DNA from: a virus
Lineage: Duplodnaviria; Caudoviricetes
Strand: one strand, 5' to 3'
DNA length: 36,862 nt
Virus record (IMG/VR): IMGVR_UViG_3300037991_002155
Coordinates: 1-36,862 of that record
A program made the position numbers and the translations under genes. Shown in pieces: positions 8,676-18,691 of the stretch; within the stretch, counting starts at the first letter, position 1; the number at the start of each line of letters is the position of its first letter. The notes under the pieces were generated by a model that was not told the origin of the DNA, did not search any database, and saw only the letters and a program-made list of their open reading frames with translations.

Positions 8676-10064
8676 ATGTATGATATTTTGGTGGGTAAAC
8701 AAAGGGGACTAGTATTCCCCGTCATGTGTAATGCTCATATTAAAATAGATTATAGCGATAATGTTCCATCTTCCGCCGATGGTATCAATTATGGTATATG
8801 GGCGCATAGGGGTTCATTTACATTTGAGAGTATTGTGACTCCTTATGACATAAATGGAATGAGTCTTGCTGATGGTGCGACTCAAACTCTTTCTTGCACT
8901 ACTAATGCCTCCGCAACAAATAAAAAATACATAGATGGTTTTACTAGCACTAGCACTTTAGTAGCAGGTATGACAGTAAGCGGTGATGGAATACCAACAG
9001 GAAGTAAAATAGTAGAAATAAATACTAATGGTACTAGTATTGATATAGATAATGATGCCACTACTGATACTACGGCTGACAGGACTTTTGTTTTTGAAAA
9101 ACCTACTGCTATTGCATCACAAAAAGTAATGCCTAGTGTTATACAAAGTGATGCTGATAGTGCTAACTTTCAAAGCGAAGACTACTTAACTCAAAGTGCT
9201 AGGCTAACTCACGAAATGAGAATATTTTCAAGCACTAACTTTTACTTATCTTTAGTCAACGCCACTTCAACAAATACTAACCAACCTGCCGAATATAAAA
9301 TAAAAGCGGGAGTAAAAATAGGAGGAACTGATTATACCGCTATAACAGACAATGCAGTAATTGTTTCCAAAGCCGAAATGAATCATTTTACAAATATAGG
9401 GCTTCATAGCCAAGTCTCTAACGATAAGGGCATTAATAGAATCGGAGCAGAAACGCTAGATGGTATTAATAAAAAAGGACTACAAGAATATATCGTAGCG
9501 ACTAGTTTAGACACAAGTTCTCCTAGTTTACCAACCAATCAAATACCCGTAGCCTCAACTGCTAAATTACAAGTAGGGCAAGAAATATTCATTAGAAAGG
9601 GATTCAATTTCACTTCTTTAGGAATAATACAAACTGTAGTTGATGATATTAGGGTTGAACTAGTTGCTAATTTTGATGATGGAACATCATTAATTGCCAA
9701 CAATACAAACATATATATTAAAAATACACAACAACCAATCTATATTAACGACCAATTTCATATTGCTTGTTCATACAATGATATAGGAAAAACTCTTAAT
9801 ATATACTTAAATGGAACACTACAAAAGAGCGTAAGTGTCGGGGCTAGTAGTGATTTTACTATGGCCGAGGAAGATTTATTTATCGGGGCTAATAACAATC
9901 AAGGAATAGGAGAGGATAGTGCTACTGCTAATAAACAATTTATGGGGGAACTACATGAAATGTGCATGACTTCAACAATTAGAAAGAAGTTTTTAATTAA
10001 CAACCTACTTCCTAATTTGAAAGACACTCTATTTTATTTTAGATTTGAGGAAGTGGATGAATGA
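8676..10064 (+). CDS. LamG/concanavalin A-like domain tail protein with inserted beta modules
   Basis: GSFTFESIVTP at the N-terminus and FHIACSY...LNIYLNG...LFIGANN...FMGELHEM at the C-terminus are LamG hallmarks. Confidence 0.7.
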   Translation: MYDILVGKQRGLVFPVMCNAHIKIDYSDNVPSSADGINYGIWAHRGSFTFESIVTPYDINGMSLADGATQTLSCTTNASATNKKYIDGFTSTSTLVAGMTVSGDGIPTGSKIVEINTNGTSIDIDNDATTDTTADRTFVFEKPTAIASQKVMPSVIQSDADSANFQSEDYLTQSARLTHEMRIFSSTNFYLSLVNATSTNTNQPAEYKIKAGVKIGGTDYTAITDNAVIVSKAEMNHFTNIGLHSQVSNDKGINRIGAETLDGINKKGLQEYIVATSLDTSSPSLPTNQIPVASTAKLQVGQEIFIRKGFNFTSLGIIQTVVDDIRVELVANFDDGTSLIANNTNIYIKNTQQPIYINDQFHIACSYNDIGKTLNIYLNGTLQKSVSVGASSDFTMAEEDLFIGANNNQGIGEDSATANKQFMGELHEMCMTSTIRKKFLINNLLPNLKDTLFYFRFEEVDE

Positions 10065-13000
10065 CTGAAATAGTGGCTATCTCTTCTAATCCTAATACTG
10101 TTGTTTTAACAGGAACTACTGCCGGAACAGGTAGTGCGGTTATTAGCAATTTAACCACTACAAATTTATTTGTTGGGATGAAAGTTTCGGGAACAGGAAT
10201 AGCCGATGGGAGCATAATTACTTCTATTAATAGTGGGGCTAATACGGCAACAATGAATAAAAATTCTAATGATTCAATAACTACTAGTAGGTCTTTTACC
10301 TTTACTAAAACCGCATATAGTTGCCCTACTAATCCTATGCTATATGTTTTCGATTCATCAACGACTACTAGTAGATTAAACATAGCAATCACTCCCGAAA
10401 GCACAGGAAGCGTTATATTAACTCCATTAGGCAGAAGCACTTTAGGTAATTGCACTATTACACAAAGCAGTTCTCTAATCACTTTATCTAGTGGAAACAC
10501 CGATGATTTATATGTTGGACAAAGCATCCATCACTCTAAATTACAAGATAATACCATAATTGATAACATTCTTTCTTCAACAACATTCACAATTTCTAAG
10601 ATAGCGACAGGCACTACTGCAAGCAGTCAAACAGTAGTCTTGGGTTTAGAGTATTCTAATCTAGCAACTACTGATGGATTTAAAATAAAGTGTTTCGATA
10701 ACACTAATGAAACAGGAGTTAGAATAAATGGATGGAATGAAAACACTCATTATTTATTTGCCATGATTCACTCCGATGATTTTTCAAAACATCATTTTGT
10801 TAGAGTAACAGAAAAATTAACAGAAGATATAGAAGGAGATGCTTTTGAATTTGAGCCAAAACTAGGAAATGAGATTGCTAATGGTTCTAAGTTTAGGTTA
10901 TTTTCTTATCCTATACCTACTAGTAATCACCCACTAGTAATAGGAGCAGGTATAATAAATGCTCCTACTTATGAAATACATTGTGCTAGACCTTTATTCT
11001 ATTTCTTTAATGACTACTTAGATAAAAAAGATGAATTAAATCACGATAGAAAGCATACTATTATGTTTAAAGAAGGAGATTATGTTGCTAATGCTACTGA
11101 AACATTAGCAATAGATAGTCACTTTACAACAAAAGCAGACTTTGGAACTACTATAATTGATTATAGCAGATTTACTCTCAAAACAAAGTTAATTGATAAA
11201 CTAAAAGAACAAGATAATCCAACCACTCATACAAGTAATGAAGGCAATACAATTTTAGACTATACTCCTTTTACAAACGACGCTTGTTTTACTAATGCTA
11301 GAAGAGATGATAACGATACAATAACTGATACTGCAAGTCAAGACTACAATGGCGAATATAGGTATGTTTCTTATGCTTATTCTAAAGATAAAGCAAATCT
11401 ATCTTATAATGTATTAGATTGTTTTGTCAATGAATCCTTTGGTAAGAAGGGCAGTATTGCGGAAGTAAAAATAGCAGACCCTTACAGAATACTACCAAAG
11501 AAAATAAAAGAAGGAGAATCTATTAGAGTTAGAAAGCAAGCATTCAAAGGAGACATGAATGAATTTAAATCGATTAGTGCAACTATTACTTCCATTGATA
11601 GCGATGGTAGTTTTCCTTTGCATGAGGCCATTTTAAATACAGAACACGATTTAAATAATTACTTGAATGTAGGTGACGAAGTTAGGATATTCAATCCTAC
11701 GACTTCTACTCATAGCGATATTGTCCATGTTAGTCACATAGGTACATTTAGTTCAAATACACAAGGTATTGGTTTTGCTAATTCTTATTCAGTAGATGAT
11801 TCAACTACATTAGGAACTAATAGTAATCAACAAACAAGCACAGGGGCAGTTAATTTTTCAAGTTTTATAGGGGCAGAAATACAAAGGAGAGCATACAATA
11901 GATTAGATAAGACTTTATTTACTGATTTTATAGGGGTTAATGATAGACATGGAGAAATACACATAAAACTACTTTCCAAAGATTTTTCATTTTTATATGT
12001 CGATGTTACAAGTATAGATAGAGAAAAGAAATTATTGACTTTAAGTTTTGCTAATAACCCCTATAATTCCATACTTCAAAGTTCTTTAAGTAATCCATAT
12101 AACATAAATGGGGGAAATCTATTAGATTATATGCAAGGACAATATGCTATTACTCTTGAAAAATTCGATGGTGTTGTTGAAAAGTTAGAGGAATATAAAG
12201 AAGATGGCTTAACGCAAACTAAACTCGTAGGTAGGAGCAACATAAGAAAATTAATTTCCCCTATAATAAACAAGAATGCTTTGTTCTCGGAAGATATTAT
12301 TTACTCAACACAAAGCCCGTATAATAAATTAACAACTGCGGGGGCTAATTTTACTTGCACTTTTGGTAGTAAGACACTAACTGCTTCAACAAGCATAACT
12401 TTAGCAACAGGAGATAAAATACACATAAAATACGACACAGGAATGATGAGTTATGTGGGAGAAATATCTTCAGGAACAACTGGAACTAGTTTTACCCTAG
12501 TTGATTTTCCTAGAGCAGAAGGAACTACTTTAACAGGCTATAAAGAAGCAAATCATAACTTTGTATTCAATAAAGCACTTGCCACTAATCCTTATATTGA
12601 GTCTTCTACTAGTTTAAGTGGTGCTTCTAGCAAAGGGCTATTCTTTAAATCGGGAACACAAATAGATTCTACGGGTGCGGAGACAACAGACTTAGTAGGA
12701 ACTAGCCATAGCACTAATGAAAATGCTTTGGGCTATAATATAAACGAAGTAAAAAGAATGAAGAGTGACCCTCACTTTCAAAGCACATTAGAGAGTTCTA
12801 CCTTTGATACAGTTAATACTTTGATGGATTTTGAAGTTATTTCAACTACCTCTAAAGACAACGGAACTGATATAGTAATAGCCCCTTACATGCCATTGAC
12901 TTTAGGAAGAGTAGATATAAATTATGCCAATACTAATGATACTAGTTATTCGGGAACTAATCTAGGAAGAATAGTTGCGGATGCTACTTCTGTTCAAAGA

Positions 13001-16000
13001 TATATAGAGGTAGATGCTGATACTGCTTTATCAAGTATGAATCAACTTAGAGGAAATAGAAACCTACACAATAAACCTATTTACATTAATGGTAAATTTT
13101 TAGCAAATGTAGTTCAAGTAGTTAAATCAACTAACACTCAAATTTACTTAGATAGAAGAGTGGGCTTATTTACTTTAGATTGTGTTTGTGTTTCGGGAAG
13201 CACTATTTTAGAAACTCCTTCGACTGATAATCTATTTGTGGGGATGGAACTTTCGGGAACAGGGATAACAAGCGGGACAACCATTACTGAAATAGTAGAC
13301 ACTGCTAAAATAACCATTAGTGCAAGTGCTACTAGTAGTCAAACTTCTTCTATTCTTTTTAAATTTAAGGCAGGTATGCAAATTGATAAGTTGAATGGAC
13401 ATGCAAAGGAAGATGTTTCTATATTATCTAAAGCAACAAAAGAAACAAAAGAAAGTTCTAAATTAACGCATGAATTAAGTTTATTAAATGGAGCGCACTT
13501 ACATGGTGCTAAAACAATTGGCCTCATTCATCCTAAACTACAAACCGGAAATACTTATAATAAAACATCATTGTTAAATTATCCAATAGTGACCTCACAA
13601 CCCTTCCATCTTCACTATCAAGGTGGTTCTAATGTATCTAGAAGGGCGCACTATTATGACGGTTCTACAACACAAGCAGATGAAATGCCTAAGTCTTCTC
13701 AAGAAGTTTTTGGAACACCCCTATATAGACTATTAAATATAGAAAAAGGGAATATAAATACAATCCTTCCTAAGATTTTAGGCTCAACTGAACAATATTA
13801 TACAGAAACAAAAAGCAAAATACCTTACTACGCTAGTTCATACAGGTTTAATGCGGGTCATTATATTGATGGAATAGAACAAACTAATATTATAGGCACA
13901 GATATTATGGGGCTTTCTTTTGTAGGGTTTAGCCAAATAGAAACTTTTGATGGTTCACCTTTCATAGAACATAATTTAAAATCAAGTTCTTATGGAGGGA
14001 TAGAAGCACTTTCTTTTCCTAGAGTTGGACAAAAAATAGTGGCTAGTGGAGTTCCTGCTAACACCTTTGTAGAATCCCTAGTGGGAGTTTCTTCGGGAAG
14101 TACTGAAACCCATGAAGTAATATTAACAAACAATGCTACTGCTAGTGCTAGTGGAGTGACAACAAAATTTTTCCAATTTGATTATAAGAGAATCCCCGAA
14201 TCTAGAGGCTTATTGCCAAGTACAGGAAGTAAGTTTTTTGACATGACTACTTTAGAAAAACATAGCACTCACCCAATAGAAAGTTCTAATGAATATACCT
14301 ATGACATGGATGGCTTTCATTCCGGTTCTTACCCTATTGTTTTATTACCACCAACACCCGTAACAGAAACTCAAACAGTAAGTTCGACTAAACTACATAC
14401 GCCTTTTTTAGTTAAAGATAGATTTGGACACATAGACCCTAAAGTGGCTAGAATGTTTTTATTCTCAAATAGTGATTTATTGCCATATTCCTCAACAAGA
14501 AAAGATAGCCTAATGTATGCAGGAAAGGATAGAGACTTAACCAAATACAGTATTATGTTTTTAAAAGACACAACTACTAGTGATTATAGAGAACCAAAAG
14601 ATGCACTTGGTTTTATTGGGGAATCTAGTTCTATAACAAGACTGGACAATCAATACTCTTCTTCTATAATTACTTCCGTGACAGGTAAAGAAATTAGAAA
14701 CCTAAGAAGATTTAGCATTATGAGACTTACAGAAGTTGTTTATGATTTTTGTTTTAACCAAATAGACCCCGAAAATCCTCCTTCTAAAAATATAACAATC
14801 CCACAAACTATCTATCCATTTACTCACATGAAAAGGGTTGTAGAAAGCGGTTCAGGAGATATAGGGCTTCACATCAATAGTATATCAACAAACACTCTTA
14901 ACCTAAGTGGAAATTGGTCGGGAGGAACTGCCGGTGATATTATATGCGATAAGGAAGGAAGATATATAGGAGTAGTTTCATCCATTGGAACTAATACTAT
15001 TGTATTAACATCAGCACCCGTTAAAACAACAGTTAATGCTAGTGGAGTTAGCGTGGATTATTTTGACTATCAAGTTAATAGAAGCGGTAGCGTTCCTACT
15101 GAATCTAGGCAATATCCATTATATTACATACCAGTAGAAACACAAAATATTGCTAGTTCAAGTAATGCTACCGGATATTCTTATCTACAAGGAATGGGAG
15201 AAATTGGGGATTTTAGAAATATTGATTTTAGCATTCATCTACTAAAAAGTGCAGTTATGAGAGGTATTGCAGAAAAAGACAATGATGGTGAATCTTCTAG
15301 CGCAGCCGAATATACTAATCATGTAAACTCACTTAGAGGAGATGATGATGCAGGTTTTGGAGGAGATAATGCTAGCCATACTAATATTGATTATCATACG
15401 GAAGTAGGCGAATTAATACATGGTAAAAAAAGAACATTTAGTCCTTTTATGACACAATCTGCTGAAAGTTCAGCATTTGGGATAGGAAATGGAGAAACAG
15501 ATGTTAATTTGTGGCTACCTATTAACTTTGGATATAGGCCAAATATATTTATGATTGCTAACGATTCGGCTAATAGTGATGTTAGCACTAGAGGAGAATA
15601 TGGAACTAATGCTCCATTCCCTCTATTTATGGAATATATGGCATCTAGAAACATATCCGCCGAGTCGGGAGACGGTACAGAACCTTACGCTTATGTTAAA
15701 AGACAAGTAGTAGGAATAGACCATAGCGGGGCTGCGGTCACAAGCGAGCATAGAATTAGACATTCATTATTTGGGCAAATATTACAAAATTTTAAGCCTA
15801 TATTTTTTAACAACTTTACCATAAAAGGAGGAGAAGGCGCAAAAGCAGTAGCAGGTATGGTAGGAACTAGAATAACCGGAGTATCTAAAGTGGCTCATTT
15901 AGAACAAACATCTTACTTACAATCTAGAGTTGGCATTAGTATGAATGAAGCCATACTTTCAGGCTCAAATGGAACAATAGCCTACGGGGGGTTTGCTAAT

Positions 16001-18355
16001 AATAAAGCAGAAAATGGCTCGGCAACAGAAGATATAACAGGTAGAAATAGTGTCACTTATGCAAATGACGCAGACGGTGTTATGTTTGGACTTAAGCCCA
16101 TACTTAAATTAGATATAGGTTATCAAATAGACGCAGTTTCATTTACTCATACGGGGGATTATCCGGCTAGAGCAACTGTTGGTTCAATATTTGTCATTGA
16201 TGGAGTTGGCCTTGCTAAAACGGCTGCTGAAACTGCAAGTCCTAATTTAGACCACATCCCTACACAAGCATATATTAGAACAGGAATAGATGATTATGCT
16301 ACTGATAAAGTGCCGGAAGGAACTTGTATTAGGTCATATGAATGTCATGCAGTTAATTTTAACAGACTGCATATGGATAAAAACGCAATAGCAAGTACAA
16401 GTTCATCAGCCCCTATTGCCGTAAGTAGGAATTTTATAGGCACTAAGAAAGGTAGTAATGGAACAGACATACATACTTTTTGGCTAACCGATGCTGATTT
16501 AAAGTCTATGAATGTTAATGCTTCGGGCGACCCAAATACTATGTATGGGAGTCATAATCCTATGTGGTTAAGTAATGTAGATTTAACAGGTTGTTATTTA
16601 GTGTCCGAAGCAGGACAATACATTAGAGATGATGGGAGCGTACGATATACTACAAATCTTCAAGGCTTATCATATGTTTATACTCCCACTAATCAAAATC
16701 TATCGGGTAGTCATGGAGTATATGAAAACAGCCATAGTAGGAGATTTAGTAATGATGCTACGACTCCTAGACACATACTATACATTCTATCCCATGAAAT
16801 AGATACAACCGACCATTCTAGAAAACACATTATTACACTTAGCGGAACTTTACCCGACCCAATAAAAATATCCGATATTCCCGATAGTACAGATAGTGGA
16901 AAAGGATGCTTCCATAGAATGAACCACGCTTCACGATTTCAATACTACAAGATAATGCAACCTAACCATACTTGTTTTAATTCTTTTAGTCCTAAAAACA
17001 TTAAACTAAATGAATTATCTTCTAAATATACAAAGAAACCATATGAAGAAGCAAATTATGATGAAATTAATGCTTATCAAATAAAAGACGGGTTGGGTTC
17101 TAGACCTTTTGAAAGCAATAATGAAGGAGTTCTTTCGATGTATGTTATTGTAGATGCTGATAGCCAAAACACAGGTAATGACTTAATAGTGACAGACCCT
17201 ACTAATTTAAGGGATAACATACTTAAAGAAGGCTCTACTAAGATGTTATTTAGTGATGGTGACAATCAAAATTATACAGAAGTAGAATTTATACAACCGG
17301 AAACATCAACTACAATACCCGAATACTATTTGCGCTTAAAAGACCAAAAAGAACTATTGGGAGTTGTTTCAGTATCGGAAGCAATAACTGTAAGTGTGCC
17401 TGAAAATGTATCAAATGCTAAAAGAGCATTGATAGGTTCTGTTGTTAATATAGGGACTGATAGTGATTTACTAATTAATGACCTATTAGAAGAAAATGGA
17501 ATTACATTTACTATTAATAAGAACGAAACCTACCCTCTTATTGTTTCACCTAAGTTTACGGGAGTAGATTTGTATTCAGCAATCACTTTCTTAATGAATA
17601 AAAAGAATAAGAAATTAATAGAAGACGGTAGTTCTTTTTCTATAAAAAACGATGATAGTTCCTTCCAATCTAAACTATTCTTAACTACACAATCAACAGA
17701 TAATGAGATATTTACCTACAAGAAAACTAAAAGTTCTTTTGATAAGTTTAATGATATAACCGTCTTTGGAAGAAACCATAAAGCAATTAGAAAGGAAATG
17801 AAGAGTATTAAGAAAGATGGAATCAAATCATTACAAGTCTTTGAAGAAGAATTGATAACACAGTCCGAAGTAGATAAAAGAGCAAACGAACTTTTGAAAC
17901 TACACAATGAAGATAACTTCAATCTAAATCTAACAGTAGGTCATAAAAACATGTCACAACTAAGAGCAGGTGATATAATAACTGTTGAGATTCTAGAAGA
18001 AAATATACCCCGAAGTGAATTTTTAGTATTGGATATACAACACTCGCTTTCGGGCATGATGGAATTAGAGTTAGGTAAATACATCAAAGGATTAGAAGAT
18101 AGGTTTGCCGAACTAAGCATAGCGAATAGGAAAACCAACAATAGGCTCAATGAAGATTTAGTTGATTTAAACTCAACGCAATTTAGTTTTTTAGATAAAA
18201 TCAAAATAAAACCAATTAGAATGCTGATTCGCAAAAAGTCGGTGACTGCGGGTTCTTTTACTTTGAATACTGCTTCAACAACCCTAAATACAAGCACCTC
18301 TCCACTTAATATAGGAACAACTATATTCACCACATTAGAGGAGGAAGACTTTTGA
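10061..18355 (+). CDS. Giant tail tip/baseplate hub protein (2764 aa)
   Basis: Ser/Thr-rich. C-terminal hub-like segment FNDITVFG...SIKKDGIK...EVDKRANELLK...LRAGDIITV...VLDIQHSL...ELELG followed by a coiled coil. Confidence 0.7.
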   Translation: MTEIVAISSNPNTVVLTGTTAGTGSAVISNLTTTNLFVGMKVSGTGIADGSIITSINSGANTATMNKNSNDSITTSRSFTFTKTAYSCPTNPMLYVFDSSTTTSRLNIAITPESTGSVILTPLGRSTLGNCTITQSSSLITLSSGNTDDLYVGQSIHHSKLQDNTIIDNILSSTTFTISKIATGTTASSQTVVLGLEYSNLATTDGFKIKCFDNTNETGVRINGWNENTHYLFAMIHSDDFSKHHFVRVTEKLTEDIEGDAFEFEPKLGNEIANGSKFRLFSYPIPTSNHPLVIGAGIINAPTYEIHCARPLFYFFNDYLDKKDELNHDRKHTIMFKEGDYVANATETLAIDSHFTTKADFGTTIIDYSRFTLKTKLIDKLKEQDNPTTHTSNEGNTILDYTPFTNDACFTNARRDDNDTITDTASQDYNGEYRYVSYAYSKDKANLSYNVLDCFVNESFGKKGSIAEVKIADPYRILPKKIKEGESIRVRKQAFKGDMNEFKSISATITSIDSDGSFPLHEAILNTEHDLNNYLNVGDEVRIFNPTTSTHSDIVHVSHIGTFSSNTQGIGFANSYSVDDSTTLGTNSNQQTSTGAVNFSSFIGAEIQRRAYNRLDKTLFTDFIGVNDRHGEIHIKLLSKDFSFLYVDVTSIDREKKLLTLSFANNPYNSILQSSLSNPYNINGGNLLDYMQGQYAITLEKFDGVVEKLEEYKEDGLTQTKLVGRSNIRKLISPIINKNALFSEDIIYSTQSPYNKLTTAGANFTCTFGSKTLTASTSITLATGDKIHIKYDTGMMSYVGEISSGTTGTSFTLVDFPRAEGTTLTGYKEANHNFVFNKALATNPYIESSTSLSGASSKGLFFKSGTQIDSTGAETTDLVGTSHSTNENALGYNINEVKRMKSDPHFQSTLESSTFDTVNTLMDFEVISTTSKDNGTDIVIAPYMPLTLGRVDINYANTNDTSYSGTNLGRIVADATSVQRYIEVDADTALSSMNQLRGNRNLHNKPIYINGKFLANVVQVVKSTNTQIYLDRRVGLFTLDCVCVSGSTILETPSTDNLFVGMELSGTGITSGTTITEIVDTAKITISASATSSQTSSILFKFKAGMQIDKLNGHAKEDVSILSKATKETKESSKLTHELSLLNGAHLHGAKTIGLIHPKLQTGNTYNKTSLLNYPIVTSQPFHLHYQGGSNVSRRAHYYDGSTTQADEMPKSSQEVFGTPLYRLLNIEKGNINTILPKILGSTEQYYTETKSKIPYYASSYRFNAGHYIDGIEQTNIIGTDIMGLSFVGFSQIETFDGSPFIEHNLKSSSYGGIEALSFPRVGQKIVASGVPANTFVESLVGVSSGSTETHEVILTNNATASASGVTTKFFQFDYKRIPESRGLLPSTGSKFFDMTTLEKHSTHPIESSNEYTYDMDGFHSGSYPIVLLPPTPVTETQTVSSTKLHTPFLVKDRFGHIDPKVARMFLFSNSDLLPYSSTRKDSLMYAGKDRDLTKYSIMFLKDTTTSDYREPKDALGFIGESSSITRLDNQYSSSIITSVTGKEIRNLRRFSIMRLTEVVYDFCFNQIDPENPPSKNITIPQTIYPFTHMKRVVESGSGDIGLHINSISTNTLNLSGNWSGGTAGDIICDKEGRYIGVVSSIGTNTIVLTSAPVKTTVNASGVSVDYFDYQVNRSGSVPTESRQYPLYYIPVETQNIASSSNATGYSYLQGMGEIGDFRNIDFSIHLLKSAVMRGIAEKDNDGESSSAAEYTNHVNSLRGDDDAGFGGDNASHTNIDYHTEVGELIHGKKRTFSPFMTQSAESSAFGIGNGETDVNLWLPINFGYRPNIFMIANDSANSDVSTRGEYGTNAPFPLFMEYMASRNISAESGDGTEPYAYVKRQVVGIDHSGAAVTSEHRIRHSLFGQILQNFKPIFFNNFTIKGGEGAKAVAGMVGTRITGVSKVAHLEQTSYLQSRVGISMNEAILSGSNGTIAYGGFANNKAENGSATEDITGRNSVTYANDADGVMFGLKPILKLDIGYQIDAVSFTHTGDYPARATVGSIFVIDGVGLAKTAAETASPNLDHIPTQAYIRTGIDDYATDKVPEGTCIRSYECHAVNFNRLHMDKNAIASTSSSAPIAVSRNFIGTKKGSNGTDIHTFWLTDADLKSMNVNASGDPNTMYGSHNPMWLSNVDLTGCYLVSEAGQYIRDDGSVRYTTNLQGLSYVYTPTNQNLSGSHGVYENSHSRRFSNDATTPRHILYILSHEIDTTDHSRKHIITLSGTLPDPIKISDIPDSTDSGKGCFHRMNHASRFQYYKIMQPNHTCFNSFSPKNIKLNELSSKYTKKPYEEANYDEINAYQIKDGLGSRPFESNNEGVLSMYVIVDADSQNTGNDLIVTDPTNLRDNILKEGSTKMLFSDGDNQNYTEVEFIQPETSTTIPEYYLRLKDQKELLGVVSVSEAITVSVPENVSNAKRALIGSVVNIGTDSDLLINDLLEENGITFTINKNETYPLIVSPKFTGVDLYSAITFLMNKKNKKLIEDGSSFSIKNDDSSFQSKLFLTTQSTDNEIFTYKKTKSSFDKFNDITVFGRNHKAIRKEMKSIKKDGIKSLQVFEEELITQSEVDKRANELLKLHNEDNFNLNLTVGHKNMSQLRAGDIITVEILEENIPRSEFLVLDIQHSLSGMMELELGKYIKGLEDRFAELSIANRKTNNRLNEDLVDLNSTQFSFLDKIKIKPIRMLIRKKSVTAGSFTLNTASTTLNTSTSPLNIGTTIFTTLEEEDF

Positions 18356-18690
18356 TAAGCGATAAATTACAATCTTTACTGGCAGACCAAGTAGTGTCTT
18401 TAATAAATAATGCAAAGGTGGGGCTAGGAGGAAATTCTACTTATGGTTCTCAAACAGACTTGGACAATGTTTTATCATCGGCTTCTGTTTCAGCCATTAA
18501 ATCGGATGAAAATGTAGTTCAAGTAAAGGTTTCAGTCGCAGGAGGAGGAGCATTAACGGGTCAAGTTATTAGAGAAGTTGGTGTTTTTGATTCTTCTAGT
18601 AATATGTTGCTTAGAGAAAACTTTGAAGGAGTTGGGCCATTTGCTTCTAATGAAACGGCAGAATTTTTTATATTTTTGGAGGTAGAGTAG
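18352..18690 (+). CDS. Small baseplate/tail-fibre attachment protein
   Basis: TTG start with GAGGAGG RBS; IREVGVFD..NML resembles tail-collar/fibre N-terminal motifs. Confidence 0.55.
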   Translation: MISDKLQSLLADQVVSLINNAKVGLGGNSTYGSQTDLDNVLSSASVSAIKSDENVVQVKVSVAGGGALTGQVIREVGVFDSSSNMLLRENFEGVGPFASNETAEFFIFLEVE

Positions 18691-18691
18691 A

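Noticed and set aside
10163-13267. Diversity-generating retroelement template/variable repeat pair
   Set aside because: Match is only 39 nt, mismatches are not confined to adenines, and no reverse transcriptase is present in the window.
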